A stretch of DNA of 64,000 nucleotides from a virus: IMG/VR virus record IMGVR_UViG_3300042465_006773; one strand, given 5' to 3'. Each line of letters starts with the position of its first letter. Position 1 is the first letter of the stretch. This document shows, in pieces, positions 19,499-28,828 of the stretch. The notes below the pieces were generated by a model, which ran no database searches, was not told the DNA's origin, and saw nothing but the letters and a program-made list of their open reading frames with translations. A program made the translations under genes and the position numbers.

Positions 19499-19644
19499 GC
19501 CCAGTATATTACACCAGTATATAAAACTAGTAGATAATAAATGTTAAATAGACTAGAAATAATAAATACTAGATAATAAAAACTAGAAATAATAAATACT
19601 AGATAATAAAAACTAGAAATAATAAATACTAGTATATACTGGGC
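19499..19644. repeat. 30-bp tandem repeat array enclosed by 11-bp inverted repeats (candidate origin/iterons)
   Basis: GCCCAGTATAT (19499-509) ... ATATACTGGGC (19634-44). ACTAGAAATAATAAATACTAGATAATAAAA x2.7 at 19552-19632. Confidence 0.85.
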
Positions 19645-19802
19645 TAATAAAAGATAAATAAAAAAAAAGAAAAAACCAAGTAATTATATAATTTTTTTGC
19701 CTTTATAACAAATTTTTCTTTTTTTATTAAACTTTTCCATTATATAGATATTTATAAACATACAAATAGAAGTATAAAAATAAATGCATAAAAAAAAATA
19801 AA

Positions 19803-20291
19803 ATGGCAGATTTATTAATGAAAATGCCGGTTCCATACGAACCGAAACGTCAGAATAGATTCATTTTGAGGTTCCCATCTTCATTGGGAATCAATGAATG
19901 GTATGTATCATCCGCGGCTAGACCTTCGGCAAAAATAAACTCGGTAGCAATACCATTTTTAAATACTTCAACGTATGTTGCTGGTAGATTTGAATGGGCT
20001 GAAATGAGAGTAACTTTCAGAGACCCAATTGGTCCATCGGCAGCACAGGCTTTAATGGAATGGTTTAGATTACACGCAGAATCTGTTACAGGTAGAATGG
20101 GTTATGCTGCCGGTTATAAAAAAGACATTGAACTAGAAATGTTAGACCCAACGGGTGTGGTTGTTGAGAAATGGATTATGCAAGGTACATTTATCACCGA
20201 TTTAAACTTCAATGAATTGGATTATTCAAGGGATGAAATCGCAACAATTACTTGTTCTTTACGTCCAGATAGATGTATTTTGGTGTACTAA
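19803..20291 (+). CDS. Tail tube protein (gp19-like)
   Basis: YEPKRQNRF, AGRFEW..M.VTFRDPI, MEW, GYKKDIEL..LDPTG..VEKW...G.F, LDYS. Follows the sheath gene. Confidence 0.93.
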   Translation: MADLLMKMPVPYEPKRQNRFILRFPSSLGINEWYVSSAARPSAKINSVAIPFLNTSTYVAGRFEWAEMRVTFRDPIGPSAAQALMEWFRLHAESVTGRMGYAAGYKKDIELEMLDPTGVVVEKWIMQGTFITDLNFNELDYSRDEIATITCSLRPDRCILVY

Positions 20292-20319
20292 TTTAAAAAA
20301 AATAATTATCTCAATAAAA

Positions 20320-20354
20320 AAAGGTCTTCTCAAAAGGAAGACCTTTACTTTTTT
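20320..20354 (+). terminator. Intrinsic terminator after the tube gene
   Basis: AAAGGTCTTC-TCAAAAG-GAAGACCTTT followed by a T-rich tail; A-run on the 5' side, so possibly bidirectional. Confidence 0.7.
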
Positions 20355-20399
20355 ATATAGTTTTGTATTTTATAATAGTTATAGTTAAAAGATAAATTT

Positions 20400-20789
20400 A
20401 TGAAAGACATATTTAAATTTGAACCAATTGAACCATTAATTGAAAATAGATATCTAATCAATATAATTGGTGCATATGTTCCTCAATTCCTTTTTAAGAA
20501 ATATAAAATCTATAACGAAGGTGATGATTTAATTTTTACCACTGAATTTTATGAGACAATAAACTTCATATTTAACCCAAAAGATTTTTTTGAAATTACT
20601 GGTGTTAAAATAGATTATCTTTCACCTATTGGTGAAATAATAGGTTCGTTAGAATTTAAAATAAAAGGTTCAAATTTTGAAAAAGAACAATCTTATTCAA
20701 ATAGTGAATTACAAACAAATAAATTTAAATTTATAATAGATAAAGAATCGATGATGTTAACATTTAAATCGGACGAAGAAAATAAATAA
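20400..20789 (+). CDS. Diverged, shortened tail-tube paralogue
   Basis: EPLIENRYLI matches EPKRQNRFIL; IDYLSPIGEII matches LEMLDPTGVVV; SYSNSELQT matches DYSRDEIAT. Confidence 0.55.
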   Translation: MKDIFKFEPIEPLIENRYLINIIGAYVPQFLFKKYKIYNEGDDLIFTTEFYETINFIFNPKDFFEITGVKIDYLSPIGEIIGSLEFKIKGSNFEKEQSYSNSELQTNKFKFIIDKESMMLTFKSDEENK

Positions 20790-20790
20790 A

Positions 20791-21540
20791 ATGGAAGAAT
20801 TTAAAATTGACCCCAACATTGCTTATGATGTTGTTGAATTACCTTCAAGAGGTATTTTTTATAAAAATAAAAAAAAATCAGTAAGAGTTGCATATTTAAC
20901 TGCTGCAGATGAAAACATATTATCTTCATCAAACTTAATCCAAAACAATACTGTTATTGATGAGTTGTTAAAAAGAAAAATAATCGATAAAGATATTGAA
21001 TTAGATGAATTAGTGGATGAGGATAGAATGGCGGTTTTAATATTTTTAAGAAACACTGCTTTTGGTTCTGAATACAGTTATAAAATAACTGACGGAAAAA
21101 CAGGTAAAGAATTTGATGTCACTTTTGATTTAAGTGAGTTGTCCTTTAAAAATTTTAATCTCGAACCAAATGAAAACGGTGAATTTAAATATACCACCAA
21201 CGTTTCAAAAATCGATATTACTTTTAAATTTTTAACAAAAAAACAAGAAAAAGAAATTGAACAAATTGAAAAAAGTTGGAATGGAGTTGGTGTACCACCA
21301 ATTGTAACAAAACAACTTGAATTTATGATTAAATCGGTAGCTGGTAATAAAGACCCAATGAACATTAGAAATTTCATTGAAAATCTACCAATTAAAGATT
21401 CTCAAGACTTTAGAAAATATATTAGAGAGAATAGACCCGCAATTGACCTAAAAAAAGAAGTAACGACCCCATCAGGAGAGAATATCCAAATTGTTATTGG
21501 ATTCGGGGTCGAATTTTTTCGCCCTTTCTACGGACTATAG
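20791..21540 (+). CDS. Tail assembly chaperone/baseplate hub assembly protein (gp26-like)
   Basis: VELPSRGIFY, LTAADENIL, DR.A.LIFLR..AFG..Y, FKFLT, FFRP. Sits between the tube and tape measure genes. Confidence 0.75.
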   Translation: MEEFKIDPNIAYDVVELPSRGIFYKNKKKSVRVAYLTAADENILSSSNLIQNNTVIDELLKRKIIDKDIELDELVDEDRMAVLIFLRNTAFGSEYSYKITDGKTGKEFDVTFDLSELSFKNFNLEPNENGEFKYTTNVSKIDITFKFLTKKQEKEIEQIEKSWNGVGVPPIVTKQLEFMIKSVAGNKDPMNIRNFIENLPIKDSQDFRKYIRENRPAIDLKKEVTTPSGENIQIVIGFGVEFFRPFYGL

Positions 21541-21667
21541 AAAGTCTCAATTAGACGAAATATTATATCTAATAAGAAGAGGATTCTCCTACGGGGATAT
21601 TCTTTCAATGCCAATATCGATTAGACGATATTATGTTAACTATATTCAGGAATTGGAAAATAAATAA
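21521..21667 (+). CDS. Frameshift extension of the tail assembly chaperone (GT-like/gp51-like segment)
   Basis: The +1 frame after GAA TTT TTT CGC reads ALSTDYRKSQLDEILYLIRRGFSYGDILSMPISIRRYYVNYIQELENK and has no ATG at its start. Confidence 0.65.
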   Translation, partial: ALSTDYRKSQLDEILYLIRRGFSYGDILSMPISIRRYYVNYIQELENK

Positions 21668-21694
21668 AATTGATATTTATATGTAAACAATTTT

Positions 21695-23623
21695 ATGAGG
21701 AATCTTGGAGATTTTAGAAGATTAGCCAATCAAAGCGGAGGTAATCTTCAAATATATATAAGTGCGTGTGGGGCAATTGACCCGTCCGAGTCAACCGCAT
21801 TTCTACAAGCTTGGAATGAATATACATCATCACAAAATAAAATAAACACACCGTCTCAATCATCATCGGGTTCTGTTGATATTGAACCTTTAAAAAAAAT
21901 ACAAAATTTAAGCCAAAGTGTTCAATCGTATAAAGTACAAAGTTCAGAAATGATTCAGGCATCTGAAATTATTGACGGTGTACAATCATTAATAAGTGGA
22001 ACATTTGGTGACGGTGGTCTTTTTGGAAAAGGTAATTTTGGTGAAAATTTAAAAAATGCAGGTTCGAATTTTTTAAAATCCATGTTAGATACGGTGGTAT
22101 CGGCGGGTGCGGAAATACTACAACAAGAAGTGAATTTACACAATCAGATAAACTCAAAAATTGGTATTTCAGGAGAACTATCTAGAGGGTTAAGAAACGA
22201 AATTATTGAAACTTTACCTCAAATGATATCTATGGGTTATGGATTTGAGGATGTTAAGGATACAATTACGGGAATGATAGAAGAACAGGGTAAATTTACT
22301 TTATATAATAGAGAAGTAATTGGAGACATGGCTGTAACATCAAGAGCATTTGTTGGTGATTTAGATACTCTTGGGAAGATGATTGGAACATACGAAAAAA
22401 CAGGTTTTGGCGCTGCAGATGCTTTAGACAAAATAAATCAAGCTGGTAAAAGTTCAATTAGTTTAGGTTTAAATGCGAGAAAAGTTGTTTCAGAAATCGA
22501 AACAAACATGAAAAATTTAAACCAATACGGTTTTAAAAATGGATTTGATGGATTAAATAGAATGGTTCAAAAATCTATTGAATTTAAAATGAGTATGCAA
22601 AGTGTTTTTACTTTAGCCGAAAAACTATTTGACCCTGACCAAGCAATTGGATTATCCGCGAATTTACAGGCAATAGGTGGGGCTATCGGAGACTTTAACG
22701 ACCCTTTAAAACTGATGTATATGGCAACAAACGATGCTGGTGGATTACAAGAAGCAATGATTGGTGTTGCGGGTTCTTTAGCGACATATAATTCAGAATT
22801 GGGTAAATTTGAAATCACTGGTGTTAATTTAAGAAAAGCAAGGGCGTTAGCTGGTGAATTAGGTGTGAGTATGGACGAATTATCAACCACCGCGATAAAA
22901 GCCGCTGAAAGAACATCAGCGTCTGCAGATTTATTGGCAGGAGGATTTAATCTTGACGAAAAACAACAAGAGTTTATTACGAACTTAGCGAGAATGGAGG
23001 GAGGTAAAATGGTTATCGACGTTCCACAGGGATTATTTACAGAATTTGGTAATCAAACAAGAGTTGCTTTGGATGAATTAAATAGTGAACAAGTACAAGT
23101 TTTATTGAATAATCAAGAAGTATTCGAAAAAATGAGTGCCAAAGATATTGCGTTAGAACAATATACTGAAATGCAAAAAATAGGTCTTAATGTTTCAGAA
23201 ATAGTTACAATGATGAAAGTTGATTTCGCTAGTGGTGTTCGAGGTGGTCTTTCAAAAGTGGATGAATATTTAAAAAATGCTAATGAAATTTTAAATGAAA
23301 CAAAAAGTGGTCAAAATGAGATAGGTCAACTTTTAACGGGTAAAAAGGGAGAGATTAAGGGTATGGGATATGATTTTGTTACAAAAAAAGTGGAAGATGC
23401 CATTATTAGACCAAATCAAAAAGATATTATTATTCCAAGTATAAACGACACTATTTACGCAATAGATGAAACCAAAAACAGAGGTGGTAACGTTGTTGGT
23501 GAAAATAAAAAATTAGAAATTTCAATTAATAGTAATGTCAATGCAGATGCAATAAGAAACGAAATTATGAATCAAATAGCGATGACATCAGATTATAGAG
23601 AATATATTGGAACATTTAGTTAA
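21695..23623 (+). CDS. Tape measure protein
   Basis: Helical, A/G/L/M-rich; FDPDQAI.L.A.LQ.IGG..DPLKLMY, KARALAGELGVS.DEL. Lies after the chaperone. Confidence 0.8.
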   Translation: MRNLGDFRRLANQSGGNLQIYISACGAIDPSESTAFLQAWNEYTSSQNKINTPSQSSSGSVDIEPLKKIQNLSQSVQSYKVQSSEMIQASEIIDGVQSLISGTFGDGGLFGKGNFGENLKNAGSNFLKSMLDTVVSAGAEILQQEVNLHNQINSKIGISGELSRGLRNEIIETLPQMISMGYGFEDVKDTITGMIEEQGKFTLYNREVIGDMAVTSRAFVGDLDTLGKMIGTYEKTGFGAADALDKINQAGKSSISLGLNARKVVSEIETNMKNLNQYGFKNGFDGLNRMVQKSIEFKMSMQSVFTLAEKLFDPDQAIGLSANLQAIGGAIGDFNDPLKLMYMATNDAGGLQEAMIGVAGSLATYNSELGKFEITGVNLRKARALAGELGVSMDELSTTAIKAAERTSASADLLAGGFNLDEKQQEFITNLARMEGGKMVIDVPQGLFTEFGNQTRVALDELNSEQVQVLLNNQEVFEKMSAKDIALEQYTEMQKIGLNVSEIVTMMKVDFASGVRGGLSKVDEYLKNANEILNETKSGQNEIGQLLTGKKGEIKGMGYDFVTKKVEDAIIRPNQKDIIIPSINDTIYAIDETKNRGGNVVGENKKLEISINSNVNADAIRNEIMNQIAMTSDYREYIGTFS

Positions 23624-23654
23624 AAAAATCAAAAAATATCTATTTATATAATAG

Positions 23655-26600
23655 ATGCCAACATACTTAGATTTTAATAACACCAAGGTTTTTAGAGATT
23701 ATTTAATTTCAAAAACTTTAAATAGACCGAACGGACCACAAACGTTTACGGACACCAATTATGTTGTTCAAAATTTAAATAATTTTGCAAATGTTGACCC
23801 CGGTGATGTAAAAACAAATTGGTCTGTGTTTTTTGCAAATACTTTTGGTCAAAATTTATACAGTGTACCTGATAATACGATAGAAGAATATACCAATACA
23901 ACATTACCAATGTTAGCTTGGATTAATAATGGTATTATTTCTGATGGTTATCTTGATTCATTTACAATGACACAGTCCCCCAATTTGATTGGGATAATGG
24001 GTGGTCAAAACTTTGAAAACGATTCAAGATTAATGAAATTCGCGACTCAAAATATTCGAGAAAATAAATTAGGTCCCGTTTTTGCGAGAATTGAACAAAA
24101 TTTAACATCAGCAACTTTAGGTAGAGTTAGATTAATTGATGCGTTGGAGGGTAATACCGCGACTGCAATAAATCTCATTACAGGTAGAGAACCTTTAGTT
24201 CAAAAAAACTATAAAATCACTGTTGATAGAACTTTAATAGGTAAGGGTGTTGATTTCCTTCAAACAGTTGCGGGACTTGAATTCCCATTTAGTGAAATAC
24301 CTGGTGATTATTTAACAAATCCAAGAAACCCAATAGAAAATAGACCAACACCAAGAACAGAGGCGGGTGCCATTTTACAAGATGTTACAGGTGTTTTGGG
24401 GAGTTTAATTGGAATAGAAAGAAGACCGAAATTGGGGAGAAAACCTTCCGATTTATTTGTTGAATACATGGGGGAAGGACAAAGACAAACACTATATGAC
24501 CAACTGTCATATTCAAAATATGCCCCAAATTATACAACCACCGCCCGTTCACAACAATCATCAAAATTATTTAATTTTACTGATAGAGTTGGTGCCGGTG
24601 TAAGAAATTTATTAGGTTTAGAAGCACCAAAAGGGGTTGCTTATATTGGTGATGATAGAGGTGAGGACGTTAAATATACAATGTCAGATTTTAATGACAG
24701 AGTTGTAAAAAGTAGTTACTATTTAAGTTTAATGTTTGACCCTGTTCAATCAAATTTATTTGAAAAACAAAGAAATATAACTCAGGGTGGTCAAATTAGC
24801 GGTAAATTAACGTGGATAAGTAAAAACTCTCAAAATAAAATCGGGTTATATAATAATGAATTTCAATCACAAGAGGCTAATGGATATAACGATTCAAAGT
24901 CAACGAACTACGATTTTAGAGAAGATTCTATTCTTGGTTTAACACAAGAAATTTTGAATTCAATGCCTAAAGACGGTATTGCATCGAGAACGCACGTCGG
25001 TAACGTTATTGACCAAACAAGTAGAATTTTCAAAGAAGGGGACTCAATGTTATCTAGAGGTTCGGCAATAAAATTTGTCGATAAATTTAATCAAGAAACA
25101 GGAGCAGAATATTGTAGAGTATGGACAAAAGATAGGTCATACATGAATTACACCGACACAATGAAAAAAACGGCAAACCTTAGAAAATTTGACGATAGTG
25201 TTATGGGTGGTGACAGTAGACCATGGAACATTAATATTGCACCAATGTCTAGTGGTAATTATGACTCAACGGGAAATAATTCATTTGGGGCAAAAAATTC
25301 AACAAATATATTTCAAGGACCACCTGGTGATGGGTTTTATGCTAAAAAATATATGTTTTCAATTGAAAACTTGGCATGGAAAACTTCAAACACAATGGGG
25401 TTCACATATAACGATTTACCATATTGTGAAAGAGGTAACAATGGAGGTAGGGTTATGTGGTTTCCTCCTTATGATTTGAAAGTAAATGAGAATAATGCGG
25501 CTAGATGGCAAGACAATACCTTTTTAGGTAGACCTGAACCAATTTACACATATCAAGACACAAGTAGAACGGGGACAATAAGTTTTAAAGTCATTGTTGA
25601 CCACCCAAGTATTTTAAATTTGTTGGTCAGAGAACACTTTAAAGGGATGAGCGATGATGAAGCGGAAAACTACATTAATGCGTTTTTTGCTGGTTGTGAA
25701 GAATTAGATTTTTATGATTTAGTTAGAAGATACACACAATTAGATTCTAACGATATAAAACTATTACAAAATTTTTTAGACAAAGGAAAAGACCCCGAAT
25801 TTATTCAACAATATAAAGTAACAACAGAACCGCCGGTTGTAGAAACACCGGTAACACCTACTGTTAAAGATGAATGTGGTCCACCAACTCAAAAAACTTT
25901 CAATTTAAAATTTGATAATGATAGGCCCGACCCAAATAGCAAATCATTAGAAACATCACGAAATTATTCAGAATTATATAATTCTTATATACCAACAAGA
26001 AAAACAACATATATTAATCAGTTAGATACTCTTATCAAACAATTAACAGGATTTTCACAAAACGATGTTCAAGTTAAAAAAGAAAAAAGTTATATTTTTG
26101 GTAATGAAAATGTAACAATTACTCAATCGTTAATCGATGAGCAAAAAACAAAAATCGGAGACTATTTCGATAAAGCGACTTCGGGATATTCCGATTACCA
26201 ATCTTCTCTTAATGAATTAAAATCAAAACTATCTGGTAAAACAGCGGAGGATATTCGTATTAAAATTTCATCTTCAGCATCTTCCTCGGCTTCATCTGAC
26301 TATAACGAAAGATTAGCGATTAGAAGAAGTCATAGTGTTTTACAAGATATATTTGATACCATATCGAATGGAGGAAAGAAACCAAATATGATATGGATAA
26401 GTGATTTAACACCAACAAATAAAAATCTTGGGGATAATGATAAATTAATTATCGAAAGAGGAAAACCAATTGAGATAATAAAAGAATATAAAATCAGTGA
26501 CTTTGGATATGAATATGATGGTAAAATTATTGTTGAATCAGTTAATTACGGTGAAAATTTTACTGGTGGGCAACCCGAAACAAACTGTATAGGTAAAGAT

Positions 26601-28502
26601 TTCATAAAAGTTAGGGAACTTGGAACATATTCACCAATATCGTTTTATTGTAGACAAACGACATTCGAATTAAAATATGAAAATCGTTCAAGAACCGAAC
26701 AACCTGCATCTTTACCAAAAAATAATCCAACTAATCCAGTTACGACAGTAGAACCAAATGGTAAAATACCAATTTCACAACCATCCAAAAAACCACCAAT
26801 TGACCCAATAAAAAGAGTCATTGCAAAAACTCTTTCAGAATGTTTTTATTTTAAAAAATTAGAAGAAACCGACCCCATATCTTTTAAGTCCCTTAAAGAC
26901 AAATTAAAATATTTCCATCCCGCTTTTCACTCGATGACACCTGAAGGTTTAAATAGTAGGTTAACATTTTTATTACAGTGTGTTAGACCTGGTGACACAA
27001 TACCGATAAAAGGTATATCTGAAGATTCAGATTTAAACGCAAGAAACACATCTTTTGGTCCACCACCAATTTGTGTAATTAGAATTGGTGATTTTTATCA
27101 TTCAAAGGTGGTAATAAGAGATGTTCAAATTAGTTACGATGATGGTGGTCAAATACTTTGGGATTTAAATCCCGAAGGTATTGGTATTCAACCGATGGTT
27201 GCAAGTGTTACTTTACAAGTTTCATTCATTGGTGGTCATGGATTATCTAAACCCGTTGAAAGACTTCAAAACGCATTGTCGTCTAATTTCTTTGCGAATA
27301 CCGAAATGTACGATGAAAGGTCAATTTCAACAAATGAAACAATTGGTGGAATGACACCTGAAGAATTTACAAAAGACTTTTTAGATAAACTAAATCAATC
27401 ATACTATAATATTATACCAAATGCAGATTTAATAAAAAACAATAAAAATATTACCCAAAATAATTATATGGGTATACCCGTTGGGGACACAACGAACGTC
27501 GAAGAGATAAGTTATACAGAACTAGTAACAAACCTTTTTGATTTAACAAAAAACTATTTTGAAAAATATGTTTCAATATACAATCAAATATATACAAAAT
27601 ACGGGAAAGACATAACAACAATGTTATTAAAAAATGATTATAGACCAATATCCCAATATGATGTTTATACTTCAACGTCGCCAACACCTGGTAAAGTATT
27701 AGAATTGTTTGGTTTACATGAAAAAAGAAAGGAATTATCTGTTTATTCTGAAGGTTTGGAATTGGCACTAAATAATTTTATCGATAATTCATCAACAACA
27801 TATTTATCGAATTTGTTTACTTTTGATAAAGTAATCACAGGTTCTTTGTTAATAGATACAAATGAAAAAATAATAAAACCATTTATTAAAAAAGTAATTC
27901 AGGAAAAAGTGGATGGGATTTCTGATGGTAATATATTAAAAGAATTAGAAGAATCGAGAAACAATTTAATAAAAACGTTAGATAAATTAAACTTTGTTAT
28001 AAAAAATGCGAAAGATTCTACCGTCAACGATGATACAGTAAAAAGTCTTCAGTTTTCGGGATTTACTTCAGATTTATTATATAACGAATATGAGTCATGT
28101 ATAACGTATATTGAAGAAAATCATTCAAAATTAACTGTTGATTTATCGACAAACATTACTTTTTTAAATCCAACAATACAATCTTCTGATTTTGATTTTA
28201 TTATTAGTCAATTATTATTTGATAAAATAGACTCATTCATGAATCTTTTTATTGATACATCTTTATATCCTGAAAAAGTAAAGAACAAGTTAAGAACAAG
28301 ATTACAAAGTTTTATTAATGTACCGAATAAAAAGGATTTTAAATTTACAAAATTTAAAGACAGAAAAAATGGTAAAGAAATAAACTTTGATGTTATAACC
28401 ATATCGGATGAAACAAATGGAACAATTATAAATGAATCAACTCAAATATTTTCAGAATCAAATGAAGTAACAAATAAATTAAATTTTTATAGAAAAAAAT
28501 AA
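23655..28502 (+). CDS. Baseplate tube-initiator-like protein (gp48/gp54-like) with an inserted OmpA-like domain
   Basis: Tube-fold motifs W....FLGRPEPIYTY..TSR...ISF and PPICVIRIGDFY..V.I..V.I.Y; OmpA-like FDND...SAS...YNERLAIRRS.SV...YGE. Confidence 0.65.
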   Translation: MPTYLDFNNTKVFRDYLISKTLNRPNGPQTFTDTNYVVQNLNNFANVDPGDVKTNWSVFFANTFGQNLYSVPDNTIEEYTNTTLPMLAWINNGIISDGYLDSFTMTQSPNLIGIMGGQNFENDSRLMKFATQNIRENKLGPVFARIEQNLTSATLGRVRLIDALEGNTATAINLITGREPLVQKNYKITVDRTLIGKGVDFLQTVAGLEFPFSEIPGDYLTNPRNPIENRPTPRTEAGAILQDVTGVLGSLIGIERRPKLGRKPSDLFVEYMGEGQRQTLYDQLSYSKYAPNYTTTARSQQSSKLFNFTDRVGAGVRNLLGLEAPKGVAYIGDDRGEDVKYTMSDFNDRVVKSSYYLSLMFDPVQSNLFEKQRNITQGGQISGKLTWISKNSQNKIGLYNNEFQSQEANGYNDSKSTNYDFREDSILGLTQEILNSMPKDGIASRTHVGNVIDQTSRIFKEGDSMLSRGSAIKFVDKFNQETGAEYCRVWTKDRSYMNYTDTMKKTANLRKFDDSVMGGDSRPWNINIAPMSSGNYDSTGNNSFGAKNSTNIFQGPPGDGFYAKKYMFSIENLAWKTSNTMGFTYNDLPYCERGNNGGRVMWFPPYDLKVNENNAARWQDNTFLGRPEPIYTYQDTSRTGTISFKVIVDHPSILNLLVREHFKGMSDDEAENYINAFFAGCEELDFYDLVRRYTQLDSNDIKLLQNFLDKGKDPEFIQQYKVTTEPPVVETPVTPTVKDECGPPTQKTFNLKFDNDRPDPNSKSLETSRNYSELYNSYIPTRKTTYINQLDTLIKQLTGFSQNDVQVKKEKSYIFGNENVTITQSLIDEQKTKIGDYFDKATSGYSDYQSSLNELKSKLSGKTAEDIRIKISSSASSSASSDYNERLAIRRSHSVLQDIFDTISNGGKKPNMIWISDLTPTNKNLGDNDKLIIERGKPIEIIKEYKISDFGYEYDGKIIVESVNYGENFTGGQPETNCIGKDFIKVRELGTYSPISFYCRQTTFELKYENRSRTEQPASLPKNNPTNPVTTVEPNGKIPISQPSKKPPIDPIKRVIAKTLSECFYFKKLEETDPISFKSLKDKLKYFHPAFHSMTPEGLNSRLTFLLQCVRPGDTIPIKGISEDSDLNARNTSFGPPPICVIRIGDFYHSKVVIRDVQISYDDGGQILWDLNPEGIGIQPMVASVTLQVSFIGGHGLSKPVERLQNALSSNFFANTEMYDERSISTNETIGGMTPEEFTKDFLDKLNQSYYNIIPNADLIKNNKNITQNNYMGIPVGDTTNVEEISYTELVTNLFDLTKNYFEKYVSIYNQIYTKYGKDITTMLLKNDYRPISQYDVYTSTSPTPGKVLELFGLHEKRKELSVYSEGLELALNNFIDNSSTTYLSNLFTFDKVITGSLLIDTNEKIIKPFIKKVIQEKVDGISDGNILKELEESRNNLIKTLDKLNFVIKNAKDSTVNDDTVKSLQFSGFTSDLLYNEYESCITYIEENHSKLTVDLSTNITFLNPTIQSSDFDFIISQLLFDKIDSFMNLFIDTSLYPEKVKNKLRTRLQSFINVPNKKDFKFTKFKDRKNGKEINFDVITISDETNGTIINESTQIFSESNEVTNKLNFYRKK

Positions 28503-28828
28503 TGAGTAGGCAGTATTTTGATAGATATCAGTTTTTTATAGAAGATGGTTCTTTTAGAGTTGTTCCCGGTATTGAAATACCAATAAAAACAACAGACAAG
28601 TATATGTTCTTTAAAAAAGGTAGAGACAGATTAGATAGATTATCTTTGGAACATTATGGTTCACCCGTCTTTGGTTGGTTAATTCTCCAAGCTAATCCAA
28701 CTGTTGGTGGATTGGAGTTTGAGATACCTGATAATTTTGTTTTACGTATTCCTTTTCCATTAGTTATTTCTTTACAAGACTACAAAAGAAATGTAGAATT
28801 ATATAACTTGTATTATGGCGAACAATAG
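28502..28828 (+). CDS. LysM-like baseplate wedge protein (gp53/tail X-like)
   Basis: DRLDRLSLEHYGSP.FGWLILQANP...LRIP. Confidence 0.8.
   Translation: MSRQYFDRYQFFIEDGSFRVVPGIEIPIKTTDKYMFFKKGRDRLDRLSLEHYGSPVFGWLILQANPTVGGLEFEIPDNFVLRIPFPLVISLQDYKRNVELYNLYYGEQ

Noticed and set aside
19552-19632. Possible CRISPR array
   Set aside because: The repeats are directly tandem with no unique spacers, and there are no cas genes.
21538-21540. TAG read-through or stop-codon reassignment as in some jumbo phages
   Set aside because: All major genes are intact in the standard code, and the in-frame read-through sequence looks non-coding, whereas the +1 frame looks chaperone-like.
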